Translations under genes and position numbers: made by a program
Shown: one piece after another, positions 44,197-54,655 of the stretch
How positions within the stretch are numbered: position 1 is the stretch's first letter
How the letters are laid out: every line of letters starts with the position of its first letter
The notes under the pieces: generated by a model
Seen by the model: only the letters and a program-made list of their open reading frames with translations
Told to the model about the DNA's origin: nothing
Database searches by the model: none
Assembly: GCA_051599415.1 (NCBI GenBank)
Contig: AP039689.1
Span: forward strand, 620,001-684,000
Length of the DNA stretch: 64,000 nt
From: Savitreella phatthalungensis
Taxonomy: Eukaryota
Direction: 5' to 3'

Positions 44197-45661
44197 GAAG
44201 CTGCTCTTCTTTGTTTCTTCCAGCCAGCGTGACGCGATGTGCAGCAAAGCGATCGCGCCAACAAGGTACTCGAGGCAATCCGCGAGGAGATTGTGACCTC
44301 TGATGCAGGCGCTCTAGCGCGTGACGCTGACGCAGCACGCCTGAAGAAGAAACGAGAGGAGCGCGGAAAGACACCTGTGATCGCGGAGGATCGCAAGTCT
44401 TCCAAAGATCTATTCACGAGTCAAGTGAATTATATCACAGAGAACCACAGCAGAGCGTGCGCGGGCGACGCGGCTAGCCCAGCGTCAGACACGAAGGAGA
44501 CCGTTGGTAGACGAGGGGGATCGAGTGCAGCGGTCAGTCAGCAGGTGATGTGGTGAGTATTCGTCATCGTAGCGCCTGTTGCCTGTGGAAGATTCGGTGT
44601 GTGCCAGAATCATGGCGGAGACTGTGATTCGCACTACGGATGCAGAATTTCTCATGAGCGATAGAACATGCTGTGGTGCATTGCGCGTAAGAACCAGGGC
44701 GGGAGCGTATTCGGATGACTGATCAATCGAGCTTTACGCCACCTTGTGGCTGATATTGGGTTTCGAAGCCAGAGCCTGGAGCTGGAGCCCGCCAGCCAGC
44801 GAGCGCAAGCATGAATGTAGGAATTTGGCTATCCCATGCTGTGAGCTGGGTGAAAATCGGAGCGAGTCGCATTTCCAGCTTGCTGTAACACATGGTACCG
44901 TAATATCTCAACAGTCTTGGAATATTGCAAGAAATTCCACAGAGGGTGAAGCCTGGAGAAGTGGTGGATCTATGACTATGCAGAACCTTGCTGAGTCTGA
45001 ATTCATAAAAATGGACTCTATAGTCAACTTGAGACAACTTGAGTCGAATTGAGTATCGAAATATTGACCAGCCCCACCTCGGGGCATCCTCCAATGAAGA
45101 CTGAACTCGCGTGTAGCTAGGGCTCGACCAGGCGAGAGAGCCAGCTTGAGCATAAGGAGAGGGTGATACTCAGAAGGAGAAAGATTCCAGTGGAGAGAGA
45201 GAGACAGAGAGTGAGTGAGATCACTGACGTTCCAGATTGATGGAGCGTAAATTAGGTTGATTCTGATTCTGGAACAGGTCCACATAACAAACACGCAGAG
45301 CGAGCATCGAGAGTATAGCTAATCACCCTCCAGTCTTGCTACTTCTGCTTCTCTTCTCGGAATCCAGCATTTGAGCACTGAAGACTTGGGAAATGGATAA
45401 AATTCAGCCACAGGCGGTAATTCTTCTACGAGCCTGGTCAGAGGTAATTGGAAATGTGGAATTCCACGCTGCATGAGGATCGTGTATCACCACCATGAGC
45501 ATCGGATCTGGCCGTCGCTTCTAGTGTTCGCATACCCCGATAACCGCCTGTGATGGTTACGGTGACTGGGATTTGCCCAGTGGGTCAATCAATCAATAAA
45601 TCAATCGGGCACTCATACACACAATCGCTCACTCACTCATTCAGCGGACGGTCAGTCATCT

Positions 45662-45798
45662 AGTCAGTCAGTCAGTCAGTCAGTCAGTCAGTCAGTCAGT
45701 CAGTCAGTCAGTCAGTCAGTCAGTCAGTCAGTCAGTCAGTCAGTCAGTCACTCTGTCACACACGGACTCACTCACTCACTCACTCACTCACTCACTCA
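45662..45798. repeat. Compound microsatellite: (AGTC)~22 at 45662-45750 and (ACTC)~8 at 45766-45798
   Basis: Read directly; embedded in a CAAT/CACT/CA-rich tract of about 45585-45960. Confidence 0.97.
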
Positions 45799-46384
45799 GT
45801 AAGATAGTCGTTCAGTCGGTCATATCAACTTATTCACTCTCCTGCTCACCCGAATCAATCATTCGCCCAAATACACTCGGGCTCACACACATACAGGCAA
45901 ACACATCTACACATACGCCTGCACACACACACAAACACACATACACATTCCCAATCACTCTTCCTCCAACGGATCAGTCAATCTAACGGTCACTTAGCTT
46001 TTCAGAGGATTGAGTTCGATTTCATCGGCCACAGCACGCTCATTCACTGTCCAGACAGCACCACAACAAGTCTGCACGCCTCACCTGAAGACACAAAGCT
46101 CTCGACACACGCATTCTCTCAGGTGCGTCGTATTTCTGTTCTGTGACCAATTCAATCCGCACGGAAGCCTTCAGATACGCTTCTCAACACAGGATTTTTG
46201 CAACCGCTCCTGCCTGGTATACTATCGTTGACCACTCTTTAGAGTGCGCTACGTCAATCCACAATCGCTGGCTGGTCTAGACAGGCCAAGTAGTGGATCT
46301 GAACTACTTCGGAAGATTTTGCCGACAATCCACGCCCGTCCAATTCACCATAAGTTCCTGCTCTCCACACACTGAACTAAACTG

Positions 46385-47878
46385 ATGCCGCTGTTCGGCA
46401 AGAAGCCTACGCCAGCAAAATCAGCGGCACCACCGGCATCGGTCAAGACTGCGTCCAAGCCCTCTACAGTATCCACCACGGCAGCCCGCGATGGAGCTCC
46501 TTCTGCTCCTGTCACCGCCGCTCTGCCGACAGTCTCTTTACCCCCAAAGCCGGATGCGAGTGCAGATCCAGTTGCTTACCTCAGGTCTCTCTATGCAGTC
46601 CGCGAGCGTGCTGAGCAAGTTTTCGCCCGACGGAGAGATCTGAAGCACTTTACCTATAACGAAGCAGCGCTTGCAAGCGTGGTCAAGTTTGTCCTGGCGA
46701 TCATCAAGCGTGACTATGGGCAAGACTACAATAGCATTCCACCACATGGCAGGTGGCAACATTTCGAAGTCGGTGGCCGACCGCGTGTCGATGACCTGAT
46801 TAAGACCTGGGGTCCTTCCGTCGACCCCACAGAACGTGCGCGACGCGTGATCGATCTCTTCGTCGTTTCTGTACTGCTCGATGCTGGCGCTGGCAACAAA
46901 TGGACCTACAAGTCGCGCGCAAGTGGCAGAATATATCGCAGGTCCGAGGGCATCGCCGTCGCCAGCATTGAGATGTTTGCTGACGGCCTGTTCTCCAGTG
47001 ATGCATCGAACCGATCTCAAGTCGATGCTCAGGCGCTGGAACAGCTAACAAGTGATAAAATGACCGCGGGCTTGCAGGTGACAGCGCAGAATCCTATGAG
47101 TGGCGTCGAGGGCCGTGCAAGCCTGCTACAGCGGCTTGGCAGTGCCCTGCGTAAGCAGCCGGACATCTTTGGTGTTGATGGCAGGCCAGGGAATCTTGTC
47201 GACTATCTACGCAAACATGCCAGTGCACAGCAGGCCCCGTCAGGCGTGACAGTCATACCATTGCCGATCCTTTGGACCGTATTGCTAGATGGCTTAGAGT
47301 CCATTTGGCCTGCAGGCCGCACGCAGCTCAATGGTCAGGTCCTCGGTGATGCTTGGCCGTGCTCGACTCTGCCTCAGCAGGATCCACCCCATCTGGGCAT
47401 TCAACCATTTCACAAATTGACACAATGGCTCACGTATTCAGTCGTTCAAGCGCTCGTTCGAGTGGGCAACTTCTCCTTTGCTGGCACAGAGCTACTCACC
47501 GGTCTCCCCGAATATCGCAATGGTGGACTATTCATTGACCTCGGCGTGCTGACACTCAAGGCAAATGACATCGAGCGTGGTGAAATGCGATTCAGAGATT
47601 CTGCGGCGCACGGCGGCCAATCTGTCGAGGTGATTCCGACATTCGACGCGGGCGATGATGTCGTAGTCGAGTGGCGCGCCATGACAGTCTGCCTTCTTGA
47701 CCGCGTTCATGCCGAGATCAATCGTCAGCTTGGACTAACGGGTACACCACGGGCGCTCACCTTGCCTCAGGTTCTTGAGGCTGGCACATGGAAGGCAGGA
47801 CGTGAAATAGCGGAAGTGCAGCGTCCGAATGCCAAAGGCTCTCCACTCGGCATCGTTTCAGATGGAACCGTCTTCTGA
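46385..47878 (+). CDS. URC4: DUF1688 family protein (Urc4/Urg3, uracil catabolism associated)
   Basis: IPPHGRWQHF, DLFVVSVLLDAGAG, RSEGIAVAS, PFHKLTQWLTYS, TGLPEYRNGGL, LEAGTWKAGRE, SDGTVF. Confidence 0.92.
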   Translation: MPLFGKKPTPAKSAAPPASVKTASKPSTVSTTAARDGAPSAPVTAALPTVSLPPKPDASADPVAYLRSLYAVRERAEQVFARRRDLKHFTYNEAALASVVKFVLAIIKRDYGQDYNSIPPHGRWQHFEVGGRPRVDDLIKTWGPSVDPTERARRVIDLFVVSVLLDAGAGNKWTYKSRASGRIYRRSEGIAVASIEMFADGLFSSDASNRSQVDAQALEQLTSDKMTAGLQVTAQNPMSGVEGRASLLQRLGSALRKQPDIFGVDGRPGNLVDYLRKHASAQQAPSGVTVIPLPILWTVLLDGLESIWPAGRTQLNGQVLGDAWPCSTLPQQDPPHLGIQPFHKLTQWLTYSVVQALVRVGNFSFAGTELLTGLPEYRNGGLFIDLGVLTLKANDIERGEMRFRDSAAHGGQSVEVIPTFDAGDDVVVEWRAMTVCLLDRVHAEINRQLGLTGTPRALTLPQVLEAGTWKAGREIAEVQRPNAKGSPLGIVSDGTVF

Positions 47879-48023
47879 TCTTGCCGAACTCGCCTTTAGC
47901 ACGCCCTGCTCACTACACCCCATCAGCAGCCGGACTCCGCTTTGGTCTCATGGAGGATTGACGATTGGCCTGATCATTTATACTATTCAAGACTTAATGC
48001 CTTTGGACCAGGTCGTAATCTAA

Positions 48024-48470
48024 TCATGGGATGTTGGGGATGTGAACATCGTCACCTAGCACTCCTTGCTTCCGATTGCCTGCATCCTTTTCTGTCATGC
48101 CAACCACATTGTATCTGTATCTGAAGAACTGTAGCCATTCGTCAAGCGTCCGAATCTCTGACTCATCCAGCTCGCTGATGTCTGCGCTGACGTCTGCCTT
48201 TTCGAGGCTCGACTTTGCCAGGGCCTTGCTAGCATCCGCTCCCGCAAAGACATTGTATCCCTTTCCGACAGCATACACAGGATTGTGAGTGACGTCGAAG
48301 ATCAGGCCCCTGATGCCGACTAAGATAGGATACCCTTCGTTGTGACCAGTACACTTGCTTAGGTATTCGTCAGGAATGACATCGAACTTCGGTGGCGCCA
48401 AGTCCACCGGCTCCTTCGGCGCGAACCGGGGTCGTGTGCGTTCCCCACCGGGCGGTGCTGCAGCGGACAT
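48024..48470 (-). CDS. Cytochrome b5-like heme/steroid-binding protein (MAPR/Dap1-like)
   Basis: VGIRGLIFDVT..Y..GKGYNVFAGADASKALAKSSL, LDEWLQFF..RYNVVG. Confidence 0.9.
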   Translation of the reverse strand: MSAAAPPGGERTRPRFAPKEPVDLAPPKFDVIPDEYLSKCTGHNEGYPILVGIRGLIFDVTHNPVYAVGKGYNVFAGADASKALAKSSLEKADVSADISELDESEIRTLDEWLQFFRYRYNVVGMTEKDAGNRKQGVLGDDVHIPNIP

Positions 48471-48800
48471 TCGTCAGATGGTATTTGTGCAAATAGGGCG
48501 ACAGAGGAAGAAGTCTTTCTTGGCTCGATTGATAGACTGATGACTTAATTCAATCGGGCGCTTGTGTGGGGTTCAATCCGGGCGGAACTCGAACGTGAAG
48601 CAGAATGTTGCAACCACCATATTCATGCTCAGGAAATATGCATGCGCGCATTCACTTGCGCATATCAACACGCTTTGGCCTCATATGAGATCTCGGGCAT
48701 CTAGTGGCAGTGACGAAGGTAAAGCTTGAATTGTTGAGCGGTGGCGCTAGTATCAGCATTTTACCGGACTGCATAGCTGTCGGTTTCTCCTGATGCGCCG

Positions 48801-49862
48801 ATGCTCTCGTTGTTCTTGCTGCTAGATCTAGTGCTGCCTTATGGAGGATACGCCTTTGCTGCACAATGGTTCAAGTGGCAGGATCGGAGGCGCAAGTCGT
48901 TACCAACACATCTGAACGAGCTCGTCATTTCAGCAGCCCTCTGGACAGGCCTATACTACCTCGGAGGCTATAGAGAAACATGGCAGCTGCTCTCAAAAGG
49001 AACCACTCTGCTGAGGACCCTGCTGCAGTCCGCCAGCTTATACATCACGCTGCTCCTCTATGCACGTGCGTCAGAGTTCACTGTGCTACAGACATCTTTG
49101 GATCGTTGGCGAACGTGGCGCTGGCAGATGTGGCTCATCTTCGGCCTCGCTCTAACTGCAGTCGTCATCTTTGCCGTGCTCCACGTCGGCCACGCCCTCC
49201 GAGTCGAAGGCCTGTTTAGCGCGCTGGCAGGGTACTTGGCAAGTTTCCTGCTTGTTCCGCTAATGGCAGCGTGTATTTGTATCTTCGCCGCGGACTACGA
49301 ACGACGTCGACTGCACGGTCTTCACATGCAGCTCGATCTCGATGGGCCGGCTGGTGACGGGGTAGAATTGCTGCGAAGGACTTCCCAAGAATCGCTTTAT
49401 GACATCGGAAGCGATACCGACGGCTCAGAGGATCTCGAGGACACTGCGTCGATGAATCAGCGTGAGCCACCACGTACGCCGATGCCGTTCAATGGCTCGA
49501 GACTCAGCCTTGGCCGGGGAAGGACACCACTTGCCAGTCGCACTCATCTTGTTGATCGAGGCAGTCCTAGCAACAGGCAACTGCCTGGTGATAGCGACCA
49601 CATGGCAGAGACCACCTTGAACACATTACCGCCCGCGCCGCTAGCTAGATCTGATTCGGCGCAACGACGACCACCATCTCACAGGCAAGCACTCAAACTT
49701 CACCTCCACCACTATCAAATCTTTCTCTGGCTGGCTCTCTACACGCGGTATCCGACAATCTGGTCATCTGTTGCGTCCGGAATCGTCATGGGCGCAGCCT
49801 GCCACGGCATCGCAGCCTACGGATGCGATAGTGTCTTTGAGTGGGTGGACGACCGCGGCTAG
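48801..49862 (+). CDS. Uncharacterised multi-pass membrane protein with HLHH motif
   Basis: Several hydrophobic segments, a disordered loop and C-terminal HLHHYQIF...CHGIAAYG. Confidence 0.8.
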   Translation: MLSLFLLLDLVLPYGGYAFAAQWFKWQDRRRKSLPTHLNELVISAALWTGLYYLGGYRETWQLLSKGTTLLRTLLQSASLYITLLLYARASEFTVLQTSLDRWRTWRWQMWLIFGLALTAVVIFAVLHVGHALRVEGLFSALAGYLASFLLVPLMAACICIFAADYERRRLHGLHMQLDLDGPAGDGVELLRRTSQESLYDIGSDTDGSEDLEDTASMNQREPPRTPMPFNGSRLSLGRGRTPLASRTHLVDRGSPSNRQLPGDSDHMAETTLNTLPPAPLARSDSAQRRPPSHRQALKLHLHHYQIFLWLALYTRYPTIWSSVASGIVMGAACHGIAAYGCDSVFEWVDDRG

Positions 49863-50022
49863 ACAGACAACAGCTTGTATCTGCGGGCAATGGTCGATCG
49901 ACAACAGTATGACTTAATGCTTGATGTGGGGTATGAGAATGCCTCGGCGAGGACTTCTAAGTACAGTAACGGATATTTGGAAGGCAGTCAGGGGAAGCTA
50001 TGCGGTGAGTGAAGTGTACAGA

Positions 50023-51384
50023 TCACCGCAGCTTCTTAGCACGCGCTACGCGCTCCTGCTGACGCAACTTGCGAGCTCGTACTGCAGGCGGCATATCTTC
50101 CAATTTCGAAGGTCTCTTCATCTCCTGTGCAGTGCGCTCTGCGGCTTGTTGAGCAGCGCGCTCCGCCTTCTCGGTAATACCCGCCTTCATGTCTTTGACA
50201 CCCTGCACCGTCTCGTTGAAATTCTTCCAGAATCCTCCGGTGAGCTTGGACGCGGCGGGTGCTGTCCCTGCCAATGTGCCGGCCGCAGTTCCAGCGGCGG
50301 AATTGGCACTAGTCGTCAAGGCAGCTGGTGTCGCTACGGGAGTCGACACCTTTGGCGGCATTGGTGGCAATCTCAAGCGGGCTCGGATCGCCGGAGACCT
50401 GAAGGCAAAGCCCTGACAGAGCGAGAACAGGGAGGAAGTAAACCAATATCCGAACACGGCCGTGCTGAAATTCCAGGTGAACATTGGCATCACGCACATG
50501 AACAAGCGGAAGATGTTCCGAATAGCAGGGTTCATCTGTGTGCCTTGAGAAGCACCGACCTCTGCTCCGATCTCGAAATTGATGAGTGTCAAAGCCGCTG
50601 TGGTGATCGGCAAGATATGCAGCGGATCACTGGCTGTCAAGTCGTTGAACCACAGCAAGCCACCGTGCTCGAGCCCTGGGACCGGCAAGCTCACCATGCC
50701 ATTTAGGGCCATGTAGAAAGAGACGAAGATGGGCATCTGAACAAAGATCGGAATGACAGACATGAGCGGATTGACGTTATTGTCCTTGAACAACTTTTGT
50801 ACGGTCATCTGAGCTCGCATCGCTTCCATCTTATCTCCCTCTGAAGTTGCCTTGCGCAGCTTGGCCATCTCCTCTTTAACTTGGGGATTAATGATAGCGA
50901 GCTTGGAAGTGTTGCGAATGGAGCGAAGCATAAGTGGGAAGAATGTGACTCGAATCATCACTGTAGCCACGGCAATTGTAGCGATCCACTGCAGGCCGGT
51001 GGAGACGTGAATCAATTCGAGTAATTGCTGAAGCAAGCCAGGTGGCGTGTACCACTTCGCGAGCCCGAGCTCTTTCAAGGTTCCGATAGCATGAGCAGCT
51101 TCCGTGATGGCCTCCGTTGTGAACGGCGGCGGGTCGACCAGTAGGTCAGCAGTTGATGTAGTCGCATTTGAAGCTGATGATGCTGACGTCGCTGCCTCCA
51201 CAGATGCGGAGGACGGTGAGGGCGTCTGAGTGGAGTTGTTGCGCATCCATGGCGAGCACGCTGGAAGCACCGCGCGAATAGCTGGACGAGTTTGAACCCG
51301 CTGTAAGCTAGAAATGCCTCGACATGCAGCGACAGAGGTAACAAGTCTCCGTCTTGAGTAGTCAAGACAGTGTCTTGCGAGCAT
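50023..51384 (-). CDS. OXA1: Mitochondrial inner-membrane insertase Oxa1
   Basis: Presequence, LELIHVSTGLQW, QMPIFVSFY, GGLLWFNDLTASDP, YWFTSSLFSL.Q, basic C-terminal tail. Confidence 0.95.
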   Translation of the reverse strand: MLARHCLDYSRRRLVTSVAACRGISSLQRVQTRPAIRAVLPACSPWMRNNSTQTPSPSSASVEAATSASSASNATTSTADLLVDPPPFTTEAITEAAHAIGTLKELGLAKWYTPPGLLQQLLELIHVSTGLQWIATIAVATVMIRVTFFPLMLRSIRNTSKLAIINPQVKEEMAKLRKATSEGDKMEAMRAQMTVQKLFKDNNVNPLMSVIPIFVQMPIFVSFYMALNGMVSLPVPGLEHGGLLWFNDLTASDPLHILPITTAALTLINFEIGAEVGASQGTQMNPAIRNIFRLFMCVMPMFTWNFSTAVFGYWFTSSLFSLCQGFAFRSPAIRARLRLPPMPPKVSTPVATPAALTTSANSAAGTAAGTLAGTAPAASKLTGGFWKNFNETVQGVKDMKAGITEKAERAAQQAAERTAQEMKRPSKLEDMPPAVRARKLRQQERVARAKKLR

Positions 51385-51669
51385 CTGGAGTGTGACAGGC
51401 TCCTGAAATGCTTACGGGTGATATTTTTCAATCGACGGTCCACCATGTATCCTGCTTCTTATCTTTTTTCTCGAGCGTCAATGTTCATCGTGCATTGCAA
51501 AGAGTCAACCTGGAACAACATGCATACAGGCTGCAGGTTGCGAGATGGTCATTACTATTTGAGTCTCATGATGCGCACACACACTCATAAAAGAGGCAAA
51601 GTGGTAAGAGTGGCCTGTGGATCAGGTTCCTGACCCGTCGGCAGGCGCAAAGCCGCTGTACGCTGTGGC

Positions 51670-52800
51670 ATGGACGCTGCGAAGGTTCTTGACCGGCTGC
51701 TGCTAGTGGACAGCTCTGTGTCATTTGTGTATCTTAGAACAAAAGCTACTCTACCAGATGAAGGAGAATCAAGTGCCGCTGATGTCTTCACAGACAAGCA
51801 TCGAGCTGCTCGACATCTCTTGGTGGCAACGCAACATGATAAGATTGTCTATGCTGCAGAGCTATATACATATTCGCTCGAAGACAACCTGACGACCATC
51901 TATGTCTCGAAGGTCGACACAACAGGCTCTCACGATCGCTCAAAATCGCCAATCGGTGCTCTGACTCAAATGTTGCTTGCTCAAGCCGTTTCGTGCAATG
52001 TAAAGGGAAACGACGTGCGTATTCTGTTATTTGCGCGGTCTCAGTCACAGTATATCTTCCCGGCGAGCATAGATAACAAGAAGAAACATGTATTGGACGA
52101 CGGCGGCCTTGTTAGATGGTGGATACGGCAGTTTACAAAGATGAGCGCTCACTTATCGACGCGGCGAACCCGTGGTTGGCTGTTGATGCCCGGCTGTGAG
52201 TTGGCAGATACGAAAAGGTATCTTGGCTCTTCCTCGGATGCCTGCAACTGGCAAATCGGACATCCATACAAGGCCAAGTCGAAGGCTAAGGACGTCGTGC
52301 TTAAGCTTGACGATGATCCAAAGGCGAGGTTTCTGGATGAATTAGAGGATGACGGAGAGCTGGAGAAATGCTCGATCGAGAGCTTCTGGGAGAGAATGGC
52401 ATATCGACAAGAGATGTCATCCGGTCACACCATCGGTTTCATCGCTTTGGATGTTGAACAACAAGAGGATATCGAAAATCCTGTACAGGTCGAGACAATT
52501 GTATCGGACGATGTGTATGACAAGGTCAAGCTGAAGCTGGAGACGGAGACATACGCTGATGACGAAGAGACGGCAGAGGTCACCACCAAATGGATCGCTT
52601 GTCTCCGTGAGGCCTGTCCACATGTCAAGTGGGTCCAGGTGAATGGCTGCCGGCAAGCGGATGCTGCGGACGTTCCTATAAATGGTCGCCCGGCCGATGC
52701 ATCGACTGCAAATATCTTGCAGCCACGTAAGAGAGAACGGACAGACAGGAGTGACGCTGTCTCTGCGAATGTGCTCATTCCAAGGAAAAAGAACAAATAG
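51670..52800 (+). CDS. RTT109: Histone H3K56 acetyltransferase Rtt109
   Basis: IYVSKVDTTG, LFARSQSQYIFP.S..N..KHVLDD..LVRWW, DDPKARFLDEL, FWERMAYRQE, C-terminal PRKK. Confidence 0.93.
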   Translation: MDAAKVLDRLLLVDSSVSFVYLRTKATLPDEGESSAADVFTDKHRAARHLLVATQHDKIVYAAELYTYSLEDNLTTIYVSKVDTTGSHDRSKSPIGALTQMLLAQAVSCNVKGNDVRILLFARSQSQYIFPASIDNKKKHVLDDGGLVRWWIRQFTKMSAHLSTRRTRGWLLMPGCELADTKRYLGSSSDACNWQIGHPYKAKSKAKDVVLKLDDDPKARFLDELEDDGELEKCSIESFWERMAYRQEMSSGHTIGFIALDVEQQEDIENPVQVETIVSDDVYDKVKLKLETETYADDEETAEVTTKWIACLREACPHVKWVQVNGCRQADAADVPINGRPADASTANILQPRKRERTDRSDAVSANVLIPRKKNK

Positions 52801-53316
52801 TCCAGTCATGGACAAGAATGTGGGTTAGTATATTCTCCGTGTAGATGTATGTCAACTCTGGGCAAACGATGAAGGAAGTACATTGCGCCGCATCCGACAA
52901 AATCTTCACATTTGCGTCTAGAGGTCATGGCTTGCCGTTTATCGACCTGAACGAATCATTACCTGCGACAGCATGGACAATGCTCACCAGGACTTTGACC
53001 AGTCACGCCGACATGCGGCAGCTCTTTACATAGTCGAGCATGACGGAATGCCACCACTTCAGACTTATTTCAGGCTATGTACGAATCGGACAACAGATCG
53101 ATTGAATGATCGAATGAATGATCTCGTCGACTGATTCAATGCACGCAGGATACAACAACAAGACAGATCTCGCATATCCTACGCAACACAAGCAAGCCTC
53201 AAAGACATAAGGCATTTCCAGCAGGGCTTCACAGGGAGAGCGTTTAACAAGTTACGCACTGTGAGAAGGGTAAAAGGTCGTGTGAGGCAGCTGTGTAAGA
53301 AGTGCTCTCTTTCGTC

Positions 53317-54600
53317 ATGGCGTCCGCCGTCTTCCTGCTCGACCTCAAGGGAAAGACGCTCTTGTCTAGGAACTATAGAGGTGATATACCAATGACGGCC
53401 GTCGAACGCTTCATGCCAGTCCTGCAAGAGCAAGAGGAAGAAGGTCGACAGTCTCCCGTCTTCACAGATGCAGGAATCCACTATCTTTACATCAAACACA
53501 ACAATATCTATCTTCTCGCTGTCACCCGTCGCAACAGCAACGCTTTCGAAATCCTTCAGTTTCTACACAAGATCGTGCAAGTCTTCACAGAATACTTCAA
53601 AGAGCTTGAGGAGGAATCGATCCGGGACAACTTTGTCATCATCTATGAGCTTTTGGACGAGATGATGGACTTTGGACACCCGCAGACAACAGAGACCAAG
53701 ATTCTTCAAGAGTACATCACACAAGAATCTCATGAGCTCGAAGTCCAGGTCCGTCCGCCAGTCGCGATTACGAATGCAGTTTCCTGGCGATCAGAAGGCA
53801 TTCGATATAAGAAGAACGAGGTCTTCTTGGACGTGGTCGAGTCTGTCAACCTCCTTGTGTCTTCGAATGGAAACGTCGTCCGCTCGGAGATTCTCGGTGC
53901 GGTGAAGATGAAGTGTTTCTTGTCCGGTATGCCGGAGTTGCGACTCGGGTTGAACGACAAGGTCATGTTTGAGTCCACTGGTCGGACGTCGCGGGGAAAA
54001 TCGATCGAAATGGAAGACGTGAAATTCCATCAGTGCGTCCGCCTCTCGCGATTCGAAAACGACCGGACTATCTCCTTCATTCCCCCCGATGGCGAATTCG
54101 AATTGATGTCATATCGGCTGTCAACAGCAGTCAAGCCGTTGATATGGGTCGAGACAATTCAGGAATCGCATTCAGGCTCTCGAATTTCCTATATGATCAA
54201 GGCGAAAGCTCAATTCAAACGGCGCTCGACCGCTAACAATGTTGAGGTCATCATTCCCGTTCCGGACGATGCAGACACGCCGAGGTTCAGAACCAGCGTC
54301 GGACAAGTGGTCTATGCACCGGAGAAGTCCGCAATTGTGTGGAAAATCAAGCAATTCGGTGGTGGTCGAGAGTTCCTGATGCGAGCTGAGCTGTCTCTGC
54401 CGTCGGTCCGAAGCGAGTCGACGATTGATCCCGGAGCTGCGCGCAGACCAGTCGAAGTCAAGTTCGAGATTCCCTACTTCACGACATCGGGCATCCAGGT
54501 GCGCTACCTCAAAATTATTGAGTCAAAGCTCAATTACCCTGCATTGCCATGGGTGCGCTACATCACACAAAACGGCGAGTGTCTCTTCCGTACGGCTTGA
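53317..54600 (+). CDS. APM1: AP-1 adaptor complex mu subunit
   Basis: MASAVFLLDLKGK..RNYRGD, EESIRDNFVIIYELLDEMMDFG, VSWRSEGIRYKKNEVFLDV, ALPWVRYIT. Confidence 0.96.
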   Translation: MASAVFLLDLKGKTLLSRNYRGDIPMTAVERFMPVLQEQEEEGRQSPVFTDAGIHYLYIKHNNIYLLAVTRRNSNAFEILQFLHKIVQVFTEYFKELEEESIRDNFVIIYELLDEMMDFGHPQTTETKILQEYITQESHELEVQVRPPVAITNAVSWRSEGIRYKKNEVFLDVVESVNLLVSSNGNVVRSEILGAVKMKCFLSGMPELRLGLNDKVMFESTGRTSRGKSIEMEDVKFHQCVRLSRFENDRTISFIPPDGEFELMSYRLSTAVKPLIWVETIQESHSGSRISYMIKAKAQFKRRSTANNVEVIIPVPDDADTPRFRTSVGQVVYAPEKSAIVWKIKQFGGGREFLMRAELSLPSVRSESTIDPGAARRPVEVKFEIPYFTTSGIQVRYLKIIESKLNYPALPWVRYITQNGECLFRTA

Positions 54601-54655
54601 GAAGGTTAAGTGTGAACAAGAGAGTAGAAAGAATATGATGACTTTTATGACTAGC

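Noticed and set aside
44239..44556. 105-aa plus-strand ORF directly upstream of TFIIB
   Set aside because: Antisense to the probable TFIIB leader, leaves almost no promoter space and has no recognisable domain
45662..45750. AGTC array as a telomeric or CRISPR-like repeat
   Set aside because: Simple internal microsatellite with no spacers and no telomere-like unit
48555..48595. GGTTCAATCC B-box-like sequence suggesting a tRNA
   Set aside because: No cloverleaf could be built
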